DNA from: Thermodesulfobacteriota bacterium
GTDB lineage: Bacteria; Desulfobacterota_D; UBA1144; Nemesobacterales; Mycalebacteriaceae
NCBI GenBank assembly: GCA_965198945.1
Contig: CBDAQI010000005.1
Location: 1-64,000 of the forward strand
Length of the DNA: 64,000 nt
Direction: 5' to 3'
Numbering within the stretch: position 1 is the stretch's first letter; every line of letters starts with the position of its first letter. Under the pieces are notes generated by a model that did not search any database, was not told the DNA's origin, and saw only the letters and a program-made list of their open reading frames with translations. This document shows positions 49,921 through 58,751 of this stretch, in pieces. The translations under genes and the position numbers were made by a program.

Positions 49921-50973
49921 ATGAAAATAGGAATTCCCAAAGAGGTAAAAACTTCAGAATTCAGAGTCGCTCTGACCCCTCACGCCATACGCACGCTTGT
50001 GGAAGCGGGGCACGAGGCAATCGTTGAAAAAGGCGCCGGAGATGGAACCGGCATAACAGATGCGCAATACTCGGCCGCGGGAGCGGAAATTGCGGCCTCC
50101 GCGCCGGAAATTTTTGAGAAGGCGTCGCTGATTGTCAAAGTCAAGGAACCGCAGAAAAGCGAATACGCGCTTATCAACAAGAAACATATCCTTTTCTGCT
50201 ATCTCCATCTGGCCGCGGACAAGAAATTGACGGAAGCGCTTGTGGCTTCGGGAGCAAAGGCGGTAGCTTTTGAAACCGTGCAAACAGAAGACGGCTCTCT
50301 GCCGCTTCTTGAACCGATGAGCATAATAGCGGGAAGACTTTCCGCACAGGTGGGAGCCGCTTTTCTCCAGAAAGACAACGGAGGCAAAGGAGTTCTGCCC
50401 GGGGGAGTTCCGGGAGTCAGGCCTGCGAAAACCCTGGTTGTGGGAGGCGGAACCGTCGGCCGGAATGCGGCCTCGGTTGCGCTCGGCATGGGAGCCGAAG
50501 TTACGATAGTAGATAAAAATCAGGCAAAACTCACCATGCTTCATGAACAATTCGGAGGCAGGATCAAAACACTGCCGTCCTACAAATCCCTGATAAATGA
50601 GGAGTGTGCAAAATCAGACCTTGTTGTCGGTGCGGTTCTTATTCCGGGTCTCAGGGCTCCGAATATCATAAGCGGGGAAGCAATTGCCGGGATGGAAAAC
50701 GGTTCCGTTTTTGTGGATGTGTCAATTGACCAGGGAGGGTGCTCCGAAACAAGCCGCCCGACCTCCCATAAAGATCCGGTATATGAACAGCACGGGATAA
50801 TCCACTACTGCGTGACAAACATCCCGTCGCTTGCGGCAAGAACCTCAACCTACGCGCTTTCCGGAAAAATCACTCCGTATATTCTGAAAATCGGCGGCGG
50901 CGAACTTGACCAATCCCTTGAAAAAGGCGTCAATGTTGACGGGGGAAAACTTCTTATTGACACGGCAGCCTGA
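49921..50973 (+). CDS. ald: Alanine dehydrogenase
   Basis: IGIPKEVK..EFRVALTP, KVKEP, YLHLAA, PLLEPMS, DVSIDQGGC, HYCVTNIP. Confidence 0.95.
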   Translation: MKIGIPKEVKTSEFRVALTPHAIRTLVEAGHEAIVEKGAGDGTGITDAQYSAAGAEIAASAPEIFEKASLIVKVKEPQKSEYALINKKHILFCYLHLAADKKLTEALVASGAKAVAFETVQTEDGSLPLLEPMSIIAGRLSAQVGAAFLQKDNGGKGVLPGGVPGVRPAKTLVVGGGTVGRNAASVALGMGAEVTIVDKNQAKLTMLHEQFGGRIKTLPSYKSLINEECAKSDLVVGAVLIPGLRAPNIISGEAIAGMENGSVFVDVSIDQGGCSETSRPTSHKDPVYEQHGIIHYCVTNIPSLAARTSTYALSGKITPYILKIGGGELDQSLEKGVNVDGGKLLIDTAA

Positions 50974-51031
50974 AGGAGTGAGCCAAAAAACTTGACTGCG
51001 GGCTCCAATGGTTGATATTTAGGGCGATAAA

Positions 51032-51700
51032 ATGCTGAAAAAAACGGTTCCTCTGCTTGCCATTCTCACTCTCGTTGTCTGCTCATGCGGATCAAAGCGC
51101 GACTACTCAAACATGTCCGCACAACAGATGTTCACCGAGGCGTCGGAAATTGCGGAAAAAGGTTCGCGCTCTCGGGACAACGCCCTTGAAATGCTCAAAG
51201 AACTTCAGCTAAGGCATTCTTTCAGCCCCTACGCGCCCGTGGCGTCTCTGAAAACGGCTGACATATATTTTGATGCCAGCAGATACAGAAGCGCCGCTGA
51301 CCAGTATGGAAAATTCATATCTGATAACCCCGGCAATGAAAACCGGGAGTGGGCGATGTACCGGCTTTCCGAAAGTTTCTACAGGCTGAAAAATTCATAC
51401 AAAAGAGACCAGCAGCCGTGTAAAAGAGCCATCTACTGGTATCAGTCATTCCTTTCATATTATCCGAACTCGGAGTTGAAAAGTGAGGCGCTGTCAAAAA
51501 TAAACGACTGTGCTGAAACTGTGGCCGAAAACGAACTTGAGATAGGAAAATTCTATCTGAAACGCAAACACTACGAAGCCGCGCGGCGCAGATTCACCTA
51601 CCTCGCGGACAATTTCCCCAAAACCGAAGCGGCGCGGAAATCGGAAGAGCTTCTCGCAAAAATTCCTCCCGACGCACAAAACAAAACTAAAACCGAATAA
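51032..51700 (+). CDS. bamD: Outer membrane assembly lipoprotein BamD
   Basis: Lipobox CSC, TPR helices, RDQ, ELEIGKFYLKR..YEAA..RF. Confidence 0.85.
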   Translation: MLKKTVPLLAILTLVVCSCGSKRDYSNMSAQQMFTEASEIAEKGSRSRDNALEMLKELQLRHSFSPYAPVASLKTADIYFDASRYRSAADQYGKFISDNPGNENREWAMYRLSESFYRLKNSYKRDQQPCKRAIYWYQSFLSYYPNSELKSEALSKINDCAETVAENELEIGKFYLKRKHYEAARRRFTYLADNFPKTEAARKSEELLAKIPPDAQNKTKTE

Positions 51701-51708
51701 AACATCAA

Positions 51709-52779
51709 ATGCCCTTCAAAACAATTGAATGGAAAAACGGCAAGGCGGTTATGCTTGACCAGAGAAAACTGCCCGGAAAAAAAACCTACCTGAAATGCTC
51801 AACCCATAAAGAGGTTGCCGAAGCAATATGTTCAATGGCAATAAGAGGAGCTCCCGCAATAGGCATTGCGGCGGCAATGGGTTTCGCCCTCGGAGCCGCG
51901 GAAAACAAGAAAGCGCTTACGAAGCGGGCTTTTTTAAAAAAAATGTCAAAGGTTCACAAGACCCTCGGACAGACTCGTCCGACGGCGGTCAATCTTTTCT
52001 GGGCTCTTGAGCGGATGGAAAAACTGCTGTTTGCAAACAGTGAAATGCCCCCGGAAGATATTGCTGAAATTCTGAAAGCCGAAGCCATGGCAATATGTGA
52101 AGAAGACCTGGACCTCTGTAAAAAAATAGGAAAGGCCGGAGAACCGCTCATAAAAGACGGCGCAACCATTATGACACACTGCAACGCCGGCGGCCTTGCA
52201 ACCGCCGGATACGGGACGGCTCTGGGGGTTTTAAGAGCGGCACGGGATGCCGGAAAAAAAATAAATGTCATATCATCCGAAACACGCCCCCTGCTTCAAG
52301 GGTCGCGTCTTACGGCCTGGGAGCTTACGGATGAAAAAATCCCGGTTACCGTCATAACCGACACCGCTGCGGGGTTTGTCATGAAAAACAGAGGCGTGGA
52401 CGCCGTAATCGTGGGAGCCGACAGAATTGCGGCAAACTGCGATGTGGCAAACAAAATAGGAACATATCAGCTTTCGGTTCTCGCAAAGCACCACGGAGTC
52501 GCGTTTTATGTCGCCGCGCCGTGGTCAACCGTTGATATGAATTGTGCTTCGGGAAAAGACATTCCCATAGAAGAAAGGAGCGGAAGGGAGGTATCTCACA
52601 TTGGAAAGACAAAGACCGCAGCCGGCGGCGCGAAAATAATCAATCCGGCTTTTGATATAACTCCCGCAGAAAATATAGACTGTATCATAACGGACAGAGG
52701 GTTGGTAAAGCCGCCCTGCGGAAAGGAGTTGAAAAAACTCAGCCGGCCTTCTCCATCTCTTCCTGGGCCTCAATATTAA
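51709..52779 (+). CDS. mtnA: S-methyl-5-thioribose-1-phosphate isomerase
   Basis: LDQRKLP, IRGAPAIG, TRPTAVNL, THCNAGGLAT, ETRPLLQGSRLT, GADRIA. Confidence 0.95.
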   Translation: MPFKTIEWKNGKAVMLDQRKLPGKKTYLKCSTHKEVAEAICSMAIRGAPAIGIAAAMGFALGAAENKKALTKRAFLKKMSKVHKTLGQTRPTAVNLFWALERMEKLLFANSEMPPEDIAEILKAEAMAICEEDLDLCKKIGKAGEPLIKDGATIMTHCNAGGLATAGYGTALGVLRAARDAGKKINVISSETRPLLQGSRLTAWELTDEKIPVTVITDTAAGFVMKNRGVDAVIVGADRIAANCDVANKIGTYQLSVLAKHHGVAFYVAAPWSTVDMNCASGKDIPIEERSGREVSHIGKTKTAAGGAKIINPAFDITPAENIDCIITDRGLVKPPCGKELKKLSRPSPSLPGPQY

Positions 52780-53254
52780 ACCGTGCCAGAGGCATAACAC
52801 GCAAACGGTCTTCACCGATTTTTTCACCGGTCATTTCGCAGATTCCATATGTTCCCTCGCGTATGCGCCGCAGCGCCTCTTCTATCTGACCCAGTTTCTT
52901 ACGCTCCCTTTCAGAAAAGGTCAGAGATAAAATCCTGTCTCTGTCGCTGGATGCCTTGTCGTAGAAATCTCCCACATCAAGGTCTATTTGCTCGGTCTGA
53001 TTCTCCATTGAGCGCGAAACATCCTTCAAAATGCTCTCTCTCATTGAAAGAAGCTCTTTTGTCATCTCGTTAAGAAAACGTTTTCCGTATTTAGAGGAAC
53101 TCACAGACTTTGTTTTTTTTGATTTTTCTGTTTTCGCTTTACGGGAAAAGGTTTTCTTTGTCGCAGCTCCTGTTTTATTCTTCGCGGACAGTTTTTGAGC
53201 CCCACCACCTCCGGCGGGTGTTTTTTTCTTCTTGCTTACGGTTTTTTCAGTCAA
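52739..53254 (-). CDS. dksA: DksA/TraR family protein, one-cysteine type
   Basis: DFYDKAS coiled-coil tip, IEEALRRI..GTYGICEMTGE.I...RL..MP.A; Lys-rich N-terminus. Confidence 0.8.
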   Translation of the reverse strand: MTEKTVSKKKKTPAGGGGAQKLSAKNKTGAATKKTFSRKAKTEKSKKTKSVSSSKYGKRFLNEMTKELLSMRESILKDVSRSMENQTEQIDLDVGDFYDKASSDRDRILSLTFSERERKKLGQIEEALRRIREGTYGICEMTGEKIGEDRLRVMPLARFNIEAQEEMEKAG

Positions 53255-53332
53255 TTCAGCACCTTCCGTTTTAACAAATCCCGCAACTTTGGAGTCCCTT
53301 TTCAGGAAAAATCGGAACCCGGACCGACTAAT

Positions 53333-53360
53333 CCGCCGTTTCAGAGGTGTTATAACTATT
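53333..53360 (+). repeat. 28-bp direct repeat, left copy (dksA promoter region)
   Basis: ccgccgtttcagaggtgttataactatt; right copy at 55849-55876 with 1 mismatch. Confidence 0.88.
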
Positions 53361-53637
53361 TGAATAAACAGAGATTGTCAAGATGAAAAGAGTTAACATA
53401 ATAAAAGTTTTTTGACGAGTGGGGGAGACAGGGTAACCGGTCGTCAAATCAATGGACTGGATTAGGCTCTGTAATGTTTCCGCCGCCAAGAAAAGGTGTT
53501 TACTTCCGCACACGGGAAGAGAAGTGCGGGAATGACAAAGAAAATATGGAAATAGATGGAAGACATAGCTCCTCCCTTTGAAATCATTCTGTGTCTGACA
53601 CACAATCCGAGGGTTTATGGCAGGACTTGTCGGAATA

Positions 53638-53730
53638 CTGGATTCCCGTTTCCACGGGAATGACTGGGAAAAAAATGGGAATTACGGGGAAAGAAATGGA
53701 AATGACAGAAAAGAATGCGGTAATGACTGA
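53638..53730. repeat. dRS3/CGTC-like REP followed by degenerate ~21-nt GGGAATGAC tandem units
   Basis: ctggattcccgtttccacgggaatgac, then gggaattac, ggaaatgac and ggtaatgac at ~21-nt spacing. Confidence 0.75.
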
Positions 53731-53757
53731 TGTAACGTATATGAAATCGTTTGAATA

Positions 53758-53791
53758 AATTGAAGGGGAGGCAAAACCTCCCCATTCAATT
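53758..53791 (-). terminator. Probable intrinsic terminator of the repeat-protein gene
   Basis: aattgaa-ggggagg-caaaa-cctcccc-attcaatt hairpin, about 50 nt past the stop codon. Confidence 0.65.
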
Positions 53792-53838
53792 GTAGCGGCA
53801 GACTGCAGAAAAGACGGACTAACCAGCCAAAATGGTTA

Positions 53839-55500
53839 TTAGAATTTCTCCAGCTCTACAAAGGAACTCATCCTCCAGTTGGTAAAAGCTCCGTTCTCCA
53901 TCCTCCACATCAGATAATAAATATCCGAGCTATTGAATTCCAGTATCGGAGTTTCAAGTTTGAGGTGCGGAACATTAAAGCCCCCGCTGAAGCCTGCCGC
54001 TTCGGTTCTGTAAATAACCACATCGTCTGCACCTGCTGTTACTTTCACCAAGAACTGTAGATATCTCTCACCTCCAATTCTTACACTCCCTGAAGGAAAA
54101 CCAACACTGGGAGACACCAGCCATTTTATGCGGAAATCCCCGTCCAGAGAGAAGAAAGTCCTGTTTGGAGTTATGGGATAACTCGTGTTGGTATCAGTGT
54201 TGGCCGGCCTGGTCGCCTGAAAACTGGGGGTAATTGTCTGACCGAAATTTTTCAGCCTATTCCCCCAGTTGAAGGAACGCGATGTTCCCAAGCTTAAGGG
54301 CCTTGTCCCCGCTGTAAATTCACTCTCCGGATACATCTCCACATCTTGCATATATCCCGTCACTTCGGTCTGATGCTGATGAGGAAATGTCGCAACTCCT
54401 TTTAGAACACCAGGGGCGGCGGTATTTGAACCTGAAGATACAGGCGCTTCCTTTTCCACCGGAATGCCGTTTTCATCAAAACCCAGAAACTTGTTCGCCA
54501 TGCCGTGCGCAAGCTGCGCAAGACCAACGGAGTCATCAGTTATCTTGGATTGAGTAACGGCACCGTCAGCAAGTTTCGGAGTGGTAACGGCACCATCTGC
54601 GATTTTAGATGTCGTAACAGCTCCATCGGCAATGTTGGTCTCTATAATCCCAGATTCCGGTATTTTCCCCGTCACAATCGCTCCGGGGGCTATGTGTATA
54701 CTTCCCACAGCATTAGGGGCTATCGTTCCGGGCGTAACAGCTCCGGGGTTTATGTTAACGGACTCCACAGCGTTGGGAGCTATCTTCCCCGTAGTAATAG
54801 CTCCGGGGGCTAAGTGTATGGAACTTATAGCCCCGTCCGCTATGTTGCCGGACTCCACAGCGTTAAGAACCACTTTGCCAACCCCAACGGCTCCGGGCGA
54901 AAGCTGCAATTCGCCCACAGCTCCCGGCTCTATGTTTGTGAAAGTTACCGCATTGGCTCCTATCTTCCCGGAAGTAACCGCTCCATCGGCAAGTTTGATT
55001 GAAGTTACAGAAACGTCTGCCACTTCCGCCTGAGCAGTTACACCAACCTCAAAAACCTGCACCGTCATGCTGTTGTTCAGACGATACAAGGCGAGATTCC
55101 CTTTTTCAAAACTTCCTCCGGTGAAGTTGGAAGGAGAAGATGACTCACTCCTTAACAGAACCTTCAACTGATGGTTGCCGCCTTCCGCTTTCACCATCAG
55201 CTTGATATTGAAATCGCGCCGCTCAACATTTGCTGAAGTAAGTTCTCCATCTTCCAGATCAAAGTATCTGACACCCCCGTTTCTCAGGAAGTTGGATGAA
55301 ACCATACTCGCAAAACTCTGCGTCTCAACAGCTGAAGAGCTTGGCGGAGCAAATTCCTGGCGCGTGTAGTTCAGCCGCGCCGTAATAAGCAGCATCTTGT
55401 TCTCAGGAACAGTGTAGCTGCCAACATTTTGGTAAGAACCTTCGGTGGACAAATCCACTTGCCCGGTGTTTACACTTCTTAAATTCCAATTTATATTCAT
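53839..55500 (-). CDS. Hypothetical fibre-like protein with 17 decapeptide repeats
   Basis: AAGGAGGT RBS 10 nt before the ATG at 55500 (553 aa); repeats of the type DGAVTTSKIA encoded at 54508-55017. Confidence 0.8.
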   Translation of the reverse strand: MNINWNLRSVNTGQVDLSTEGSYQNVGSYTVPENKMLLITARLNYTRQEFAPPSSSAVETQSFASMVSSNFLRNGGVRYFDLEDGELTSANVERRDFNIKLMVKAEGGNHQLKVLLRSESSSPSNFTGGSFEKGNLALYRLNNSMTVQVFEVGVTAQAEVADVSVTSIKLADGAVTSGKIGANAVTFTNIEPGAVGELQLSPGAVGVGKVVLNAVESGNIADGAISSIHLAPGAITTGKIAPNAVESVNINPGAVTPGTIAPNAVGSIHIAPGAIVTGKIPESGIIETNIADGAVTTSKIADGAVTTPKLADGAVTQSKITDDSVGLAQLAHGMANKFLGFDENGIPVEKEAPVSSGSNTAAPGVLKGVATFPHQHQTEVTGYMQDVEMYPESEFTAGTRPLSLGTSRSFNWGNRLKNFGQTITPSFQATRPANTDTNTSYPITPNRTFFSLDGDFRIKWLVSPSVGFPSGSVRIGGERYLQFLVKVTAGADDVVIYRTEAAGFSGGFNVPHLKLETPILEFNSSDIYYLMWRMENGAFTNWRMSSFVELEKF

Positions 55501-55770
55501 AAGGTTTGATACCTCCTTATTGTAGATTTGGACGGCCCGTTTGCCGGGCAATCCATAATTGGGATTTACTTGCATTATAGGAAAAATTATTTCCTCTGAC
55601 CAAAAAATATGAAAAAAGATAAAGACCAATGTTTACGGGGGTGAAGTGATGAAAGGGATGAGGGGTTTTCTGCAAAAGCTGAACCGTTTCTTGCAAAAAA
55701 CGGCCGTTTTTACCTGCTTGTGACTTCCGTGCCTGACAAGAAATCAGAGATTTTTACAGATGTCCTAATA

Positions 55771-55832
55771 CTGGATTCCCGCTTTCGCGGGAATGACGGA
55801 GAAGCGGTAATGACAAGGAAATGCGGTAACTA
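55771..55832. repeat. Second dRS3/CGTC-like REP with trailing degenerate units
   Basis: ctggattcccgctttcgcgggaatgac, then ggtaatgac and ggtaactac; same orientation as the 53638 copy. Confidence 0.78.
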
Positions 55833-55848
55833 CGAAACTCTCATTGCC

Positions 55849-55876
55849 CCGCCGTTTTAGAGGTGTTATAACTATT
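55849..55876 (+). repeat. 28-bp direct repeat, right copy
   Basis: ccgccgttttagaggtgttataactatt. Confidence 0.88.
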
Positions 55877-55958
55877 CAAATGTGTGGACTGCAAATTAGG
55901 TCCATACTACAAAATAAAACGCTTACATGAGTATTGCCGTTTAATTCATATGTAAAAT

Positions 55959-57452
55959 ATGTTCACCTCAAAACTTTTTTCAGTCCCCGTAACTCTATTC
56001 TTACTTTTTTACCCTTCCGTGTCCCATGCGGGAATTGATGAATCCATAGAAAAAGCCGTAAAACCGCTCGCAGATTTTATGCTGAAGTGGGTTTTCTACT
56101 CCGTTCCGCTTTTCGGCGCGGAAATAAAACTCATTGTCGCCCTGCTCGTCGGAGCAACTTTAATATGCACAGTCTATTTCAAATTTATAAATATCAGAGC
56201 TTTCCGAAAAGCAATAGCGCTTGTAAGAGGCAAAGAAGACAGAGACGAAAAAGCTCCGGGAGAAGTCGGGCACTTTCAGGCGCTGGCAACCGCATGCGCG
56301 GCGACGGTCGGGATGGGCAACATAGCGGGTGTTGCAATAGCCGTTTCAAAAGGAGGCCCCGGGGCGACTTTCTGGATGATCGTTGCGGGGTTTCTCGGCA
56401 TGTCACTCAAATTCTGCGAATGCACTCTTGCGGTTAGATACCGCAGACAAAATCCGGACGGTTCCGTATCCGGAGGACCTATGTATTACCTGTCAAGAGG
56501 GTTTGCAGAGATTGGGAGAAAGAACCTGGGAAAAGTTCTTGCCGTGCTGTTCGCCATTTTCTGTGTGGGCGGGGCCATCGGCGCAGGCTCCATTTTTCAG
56601 GCAAACCAGGCGTTTACTCAAATCAGACAGATTGCCGGAGAATCTGCGGACCTGTCAGGATGGTTCTTCGGAATAGGGCTGGCTTTTGCTCTCGGTCTCG
56701 TAATAATCGGCGGAATAAAGCAGATAGCACGCGTAACGGAAAAAGTGGTTCCTTTCATGGCGGTTTTATATGTGGGAGCGGCGCTCGCCGTTATAGCGCT
56801 TGAAATTGACCGGCTTCCCGAAGCCATTGGTCTCATAGTGCGGGGCGCATTCACTCCGGAAGGGGTTGAGGGCGGAATGCTGGGAGTTATGATATGGGGA
56901 TTTCAAAGAGCGGCATTTTCAAACGAAGCAGGGCTCGGCTCGGCCGCAATCGCACACAGCGCGGTAAAAACACGCTATCCCGCAACCGAGGGCATCGTCG
57001 CACTCCTTGAGCCTTTCATAGATACGGTGGTTATATGCACGATGACTTCTCTTGTAATAGTCCTGACGGAGGCATACCAGATTACACAGGGGAGTCTCGG
57101 GGGGATTGAAATCACATCGGCCGCTTTCGCCTCTTCAATACAGTGGTTTCCTTATGTGCTGGCTTTCGCGGCGCTTCTGTTCGCCTTTTCCACAATGATA
57201 TCCTGGAGCTATTACGGACTTAAATCCTGGACATTTCTGTTTGGAGAAACACGGAAAAATAAAAACGCTTTTAACATAATATTCTGCGTTTTTGTAATAA
57301 TCGGCTCGGCATCCAGTCTGTCATCCGTTGTGAACATATCGGATTCGCTCATATTTCTCATGGCGCTTGTAAATCTGATAGGGGTTTTCTCTCTTATGGG
57401 CAAGACAAGGGAGGAGCTTGAAATCTATCGTAAAAATACAAAGAAATTTTAA
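55959..57452 (+). CDS. Alanine/glycine:cation symporter (AGCS family)
   Basis: FQAL...ATVGMGNIAGVA, GGPGA.FWM, GGPMYY, FSNEAGLGS, EPFIDT. Confidence 0.93.
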   Translation: MFTSKLFSVPVTLFLLFYPSVSHAGIDESIEKAVKPLADFMLKWVFYSVPLFGAEIKLIVALLVGATLICTVYFKFINIRAFRKAIALVRGKEDRDEKAPGEVGHFQALATACAATVGMGNIAGVAIAVSKGGPGATFWMIVAGFLGMSLKFCECTLAVRYRRQNPDGSVSGGPMYYLSRGFAEIGRKNLGKVLAVLFAIFCVGGAIGAGSIFQANQAFTQIRQIAGESADLSGWFFGIGLAFALGLVIIGGIKQIARVTEKVVPFMAVLYVGAALAVIALEIDRLPEAIGLIVRGAFTPEGVEGGMLGVMIWGFQRAAFSNEAGLGSAAIAHSAVKTRYPATEGIVALLEPFIDTVVICTMTSLVIVLTEAYQITQGSLGGIEITSAAFASSIQWFPYVLAFAALLFAFSTMISWSYYGLKSWTFLFGETRKNKNAFNIIFCVFVIIGSASSLSSVVNISDSLIFLMALVNLIGVFSLMGKTREELEIYRKNTKKF

Positions 57453-58744
57453 GATTTTTTGCTGAAAAAAGTGCTTCTGACTCTGAAAATATCCTCAATC
57501 TGGTGCAGAAATATGCCCGCAAGACCGAGCGTTGTAACAATGAGAACCGGGAAATATCCACCCACCGCCGCGAAAAAAACGAAAGCGAGAGAGTAGAAAT
57601 TTCTTCTCATAACCGGACGCAGAAAAGCCATCAAACGCCGGACCGGCGAAAGCTCCCCCCCAGCCATAAATTCATCAATACGGTGGTATGAAACCAGACT
57701 CCCGGAATCCACATATCGGGAAATGAAAAAGAGAGTCCAAACTAGAAAGAAAAGAAAAATTGAAAGATTAACAACCCCCAGCCACAAAGCCAGAGGCTGA
57801 TTGTCACCATGCAGGTAGTAGCCGACCGGGACACTTATGACAAAACCCGCTATGGTAATCTGGTCGCTTATGGTGTCAACCCACTCGCCTCTTTTGGTTG
57901 TCATGAGTTTCAGCCTTGCAACCTCGCCATCACAACGGTCAAGAACAGCGGCAATTTGCATACAAACCGCGCCCAGAAACGGATAGCCCGCCAGATATGA
58001 AATGATGCACGGCACGCCCGCCAGAATATTCGTCAGAACGCTTATGTGGTTTGGAGTAAGCGATGTTTCACGCGCAAGCCATGAACTTATGGGCAGAGAG
58101 AGCCTGCCGTTGATATTTCTGGCTATCCATCCGGTTGATGTTTTGCCGACACTTGAAGACAAAAGACGCCATGCACCGGAAAGAGACGACGGAGTTGTTT
58201 CAAGGTTCATGGCATAGAAATCCGGGGCAACTTCGTATTCTCTCACCCCTTCCTTTCTGTAGCGCCCGAACCATCTGGACATATCACAATCTTCAAGAAG
58301 ATCCGCCACGGCTTCGTGCTCAACTATGACGGCACCCAGCTGTTTTGTGGATTTTTCCCCCAAAGAATCCTCTTCTGAAATTTGCATTAAAACCGCCCCT
58401 CCGCCGGAAGGTTTTTCAACGGCAAACCGCTCCAAAAGAGCGGGCTTAAAAAACAGGTTTGACTGCAGTATCATGAATCCGTTTTCGGGTGCACGGCCGC
58501 TCAGACTTGTGCCTGGTGCGGAGAAGTTTATTTTCGCCTTCCCTGAAACGGATTCGGGAAGCATATCTCTGAGCACGGATTCAGATTCCTCTGAAACAAT
58601 TGTTATATTCTTGATTCCTGCCTTCAGGCATGAACGGACAATTCTGCGGAGCTGTGTCAGGCCGCCCACTGAAATTTCAAGGAATTCATCCAGGGATTCA
58701 CCTCGCAGGCCCGTCCCGCAAAACAGAATCAGAGCGTCTTTCAT
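57449..58744 (-). CDS. CDP-alcohol phosphatidyltransferase with a degenerate N-terminal NTP-transferase-like domain
   Basis: TPNHIS and D.CDGEVAR.....T.RG.W.D...D motifs, TM helices; N-terminal VGGLTQLRRIVRS...GIKNI. Confidence 0.82.
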   Translation of the reverse strand: MKDALILFCGTGLRGESLDEFLEISVGGLTQLRRIVRSCLKAGIKNITIVSEESESVLRDMLPESVSGKAKINFSAPGTSLSGRAPENGFMILQSNLFFKPALLERFAVEKPSGGGAVLMQISEEDSLGEKSTKQLGAVIVEHEAVADLLEDCDMSRWFGRYRKEGVREYEVAPDFYAMNLETTPSSLSGAWRLLSSSVGKTSTGWIARNINGRLSLPISSWLARETSLTPNHISVLTNILAGVPCIISYLAGYPFLGAVCMQIAAVLDRCDGEVARLKLMTTKRGEWVDTISDQITIAGFVISVPVGYYLHGDNQPLALWLGVVNLSIFLFFLVWTLFFISRYVDSGSLVSYHRIDEFMAGGELSPVRRLMAFLRPVMRRNFYSLAFVFFAAVGGYFPVLIVTTLGLAGIFLHQIEDIFRVRSTFFSKKS

Positions 58745-58751
58745 CAGAGTG

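Noticed and set aside
53328..53603. 91-aa ORF upstream of dksA
   Set aside because: No RBS or motif, and it runs across the direct repeat and promoter; probably spurious.
53656..53730. Periodic GGGAATGAC units as a CRISPR array
   Set aside because: The ~21-nt period is too short, the units are degenerate, there are no unique spacers and no cas genes.
53839..55500. Prophage
   Set aside because: Only one fibre-like gene; no capsid, terminase, integrase or lysis genes.
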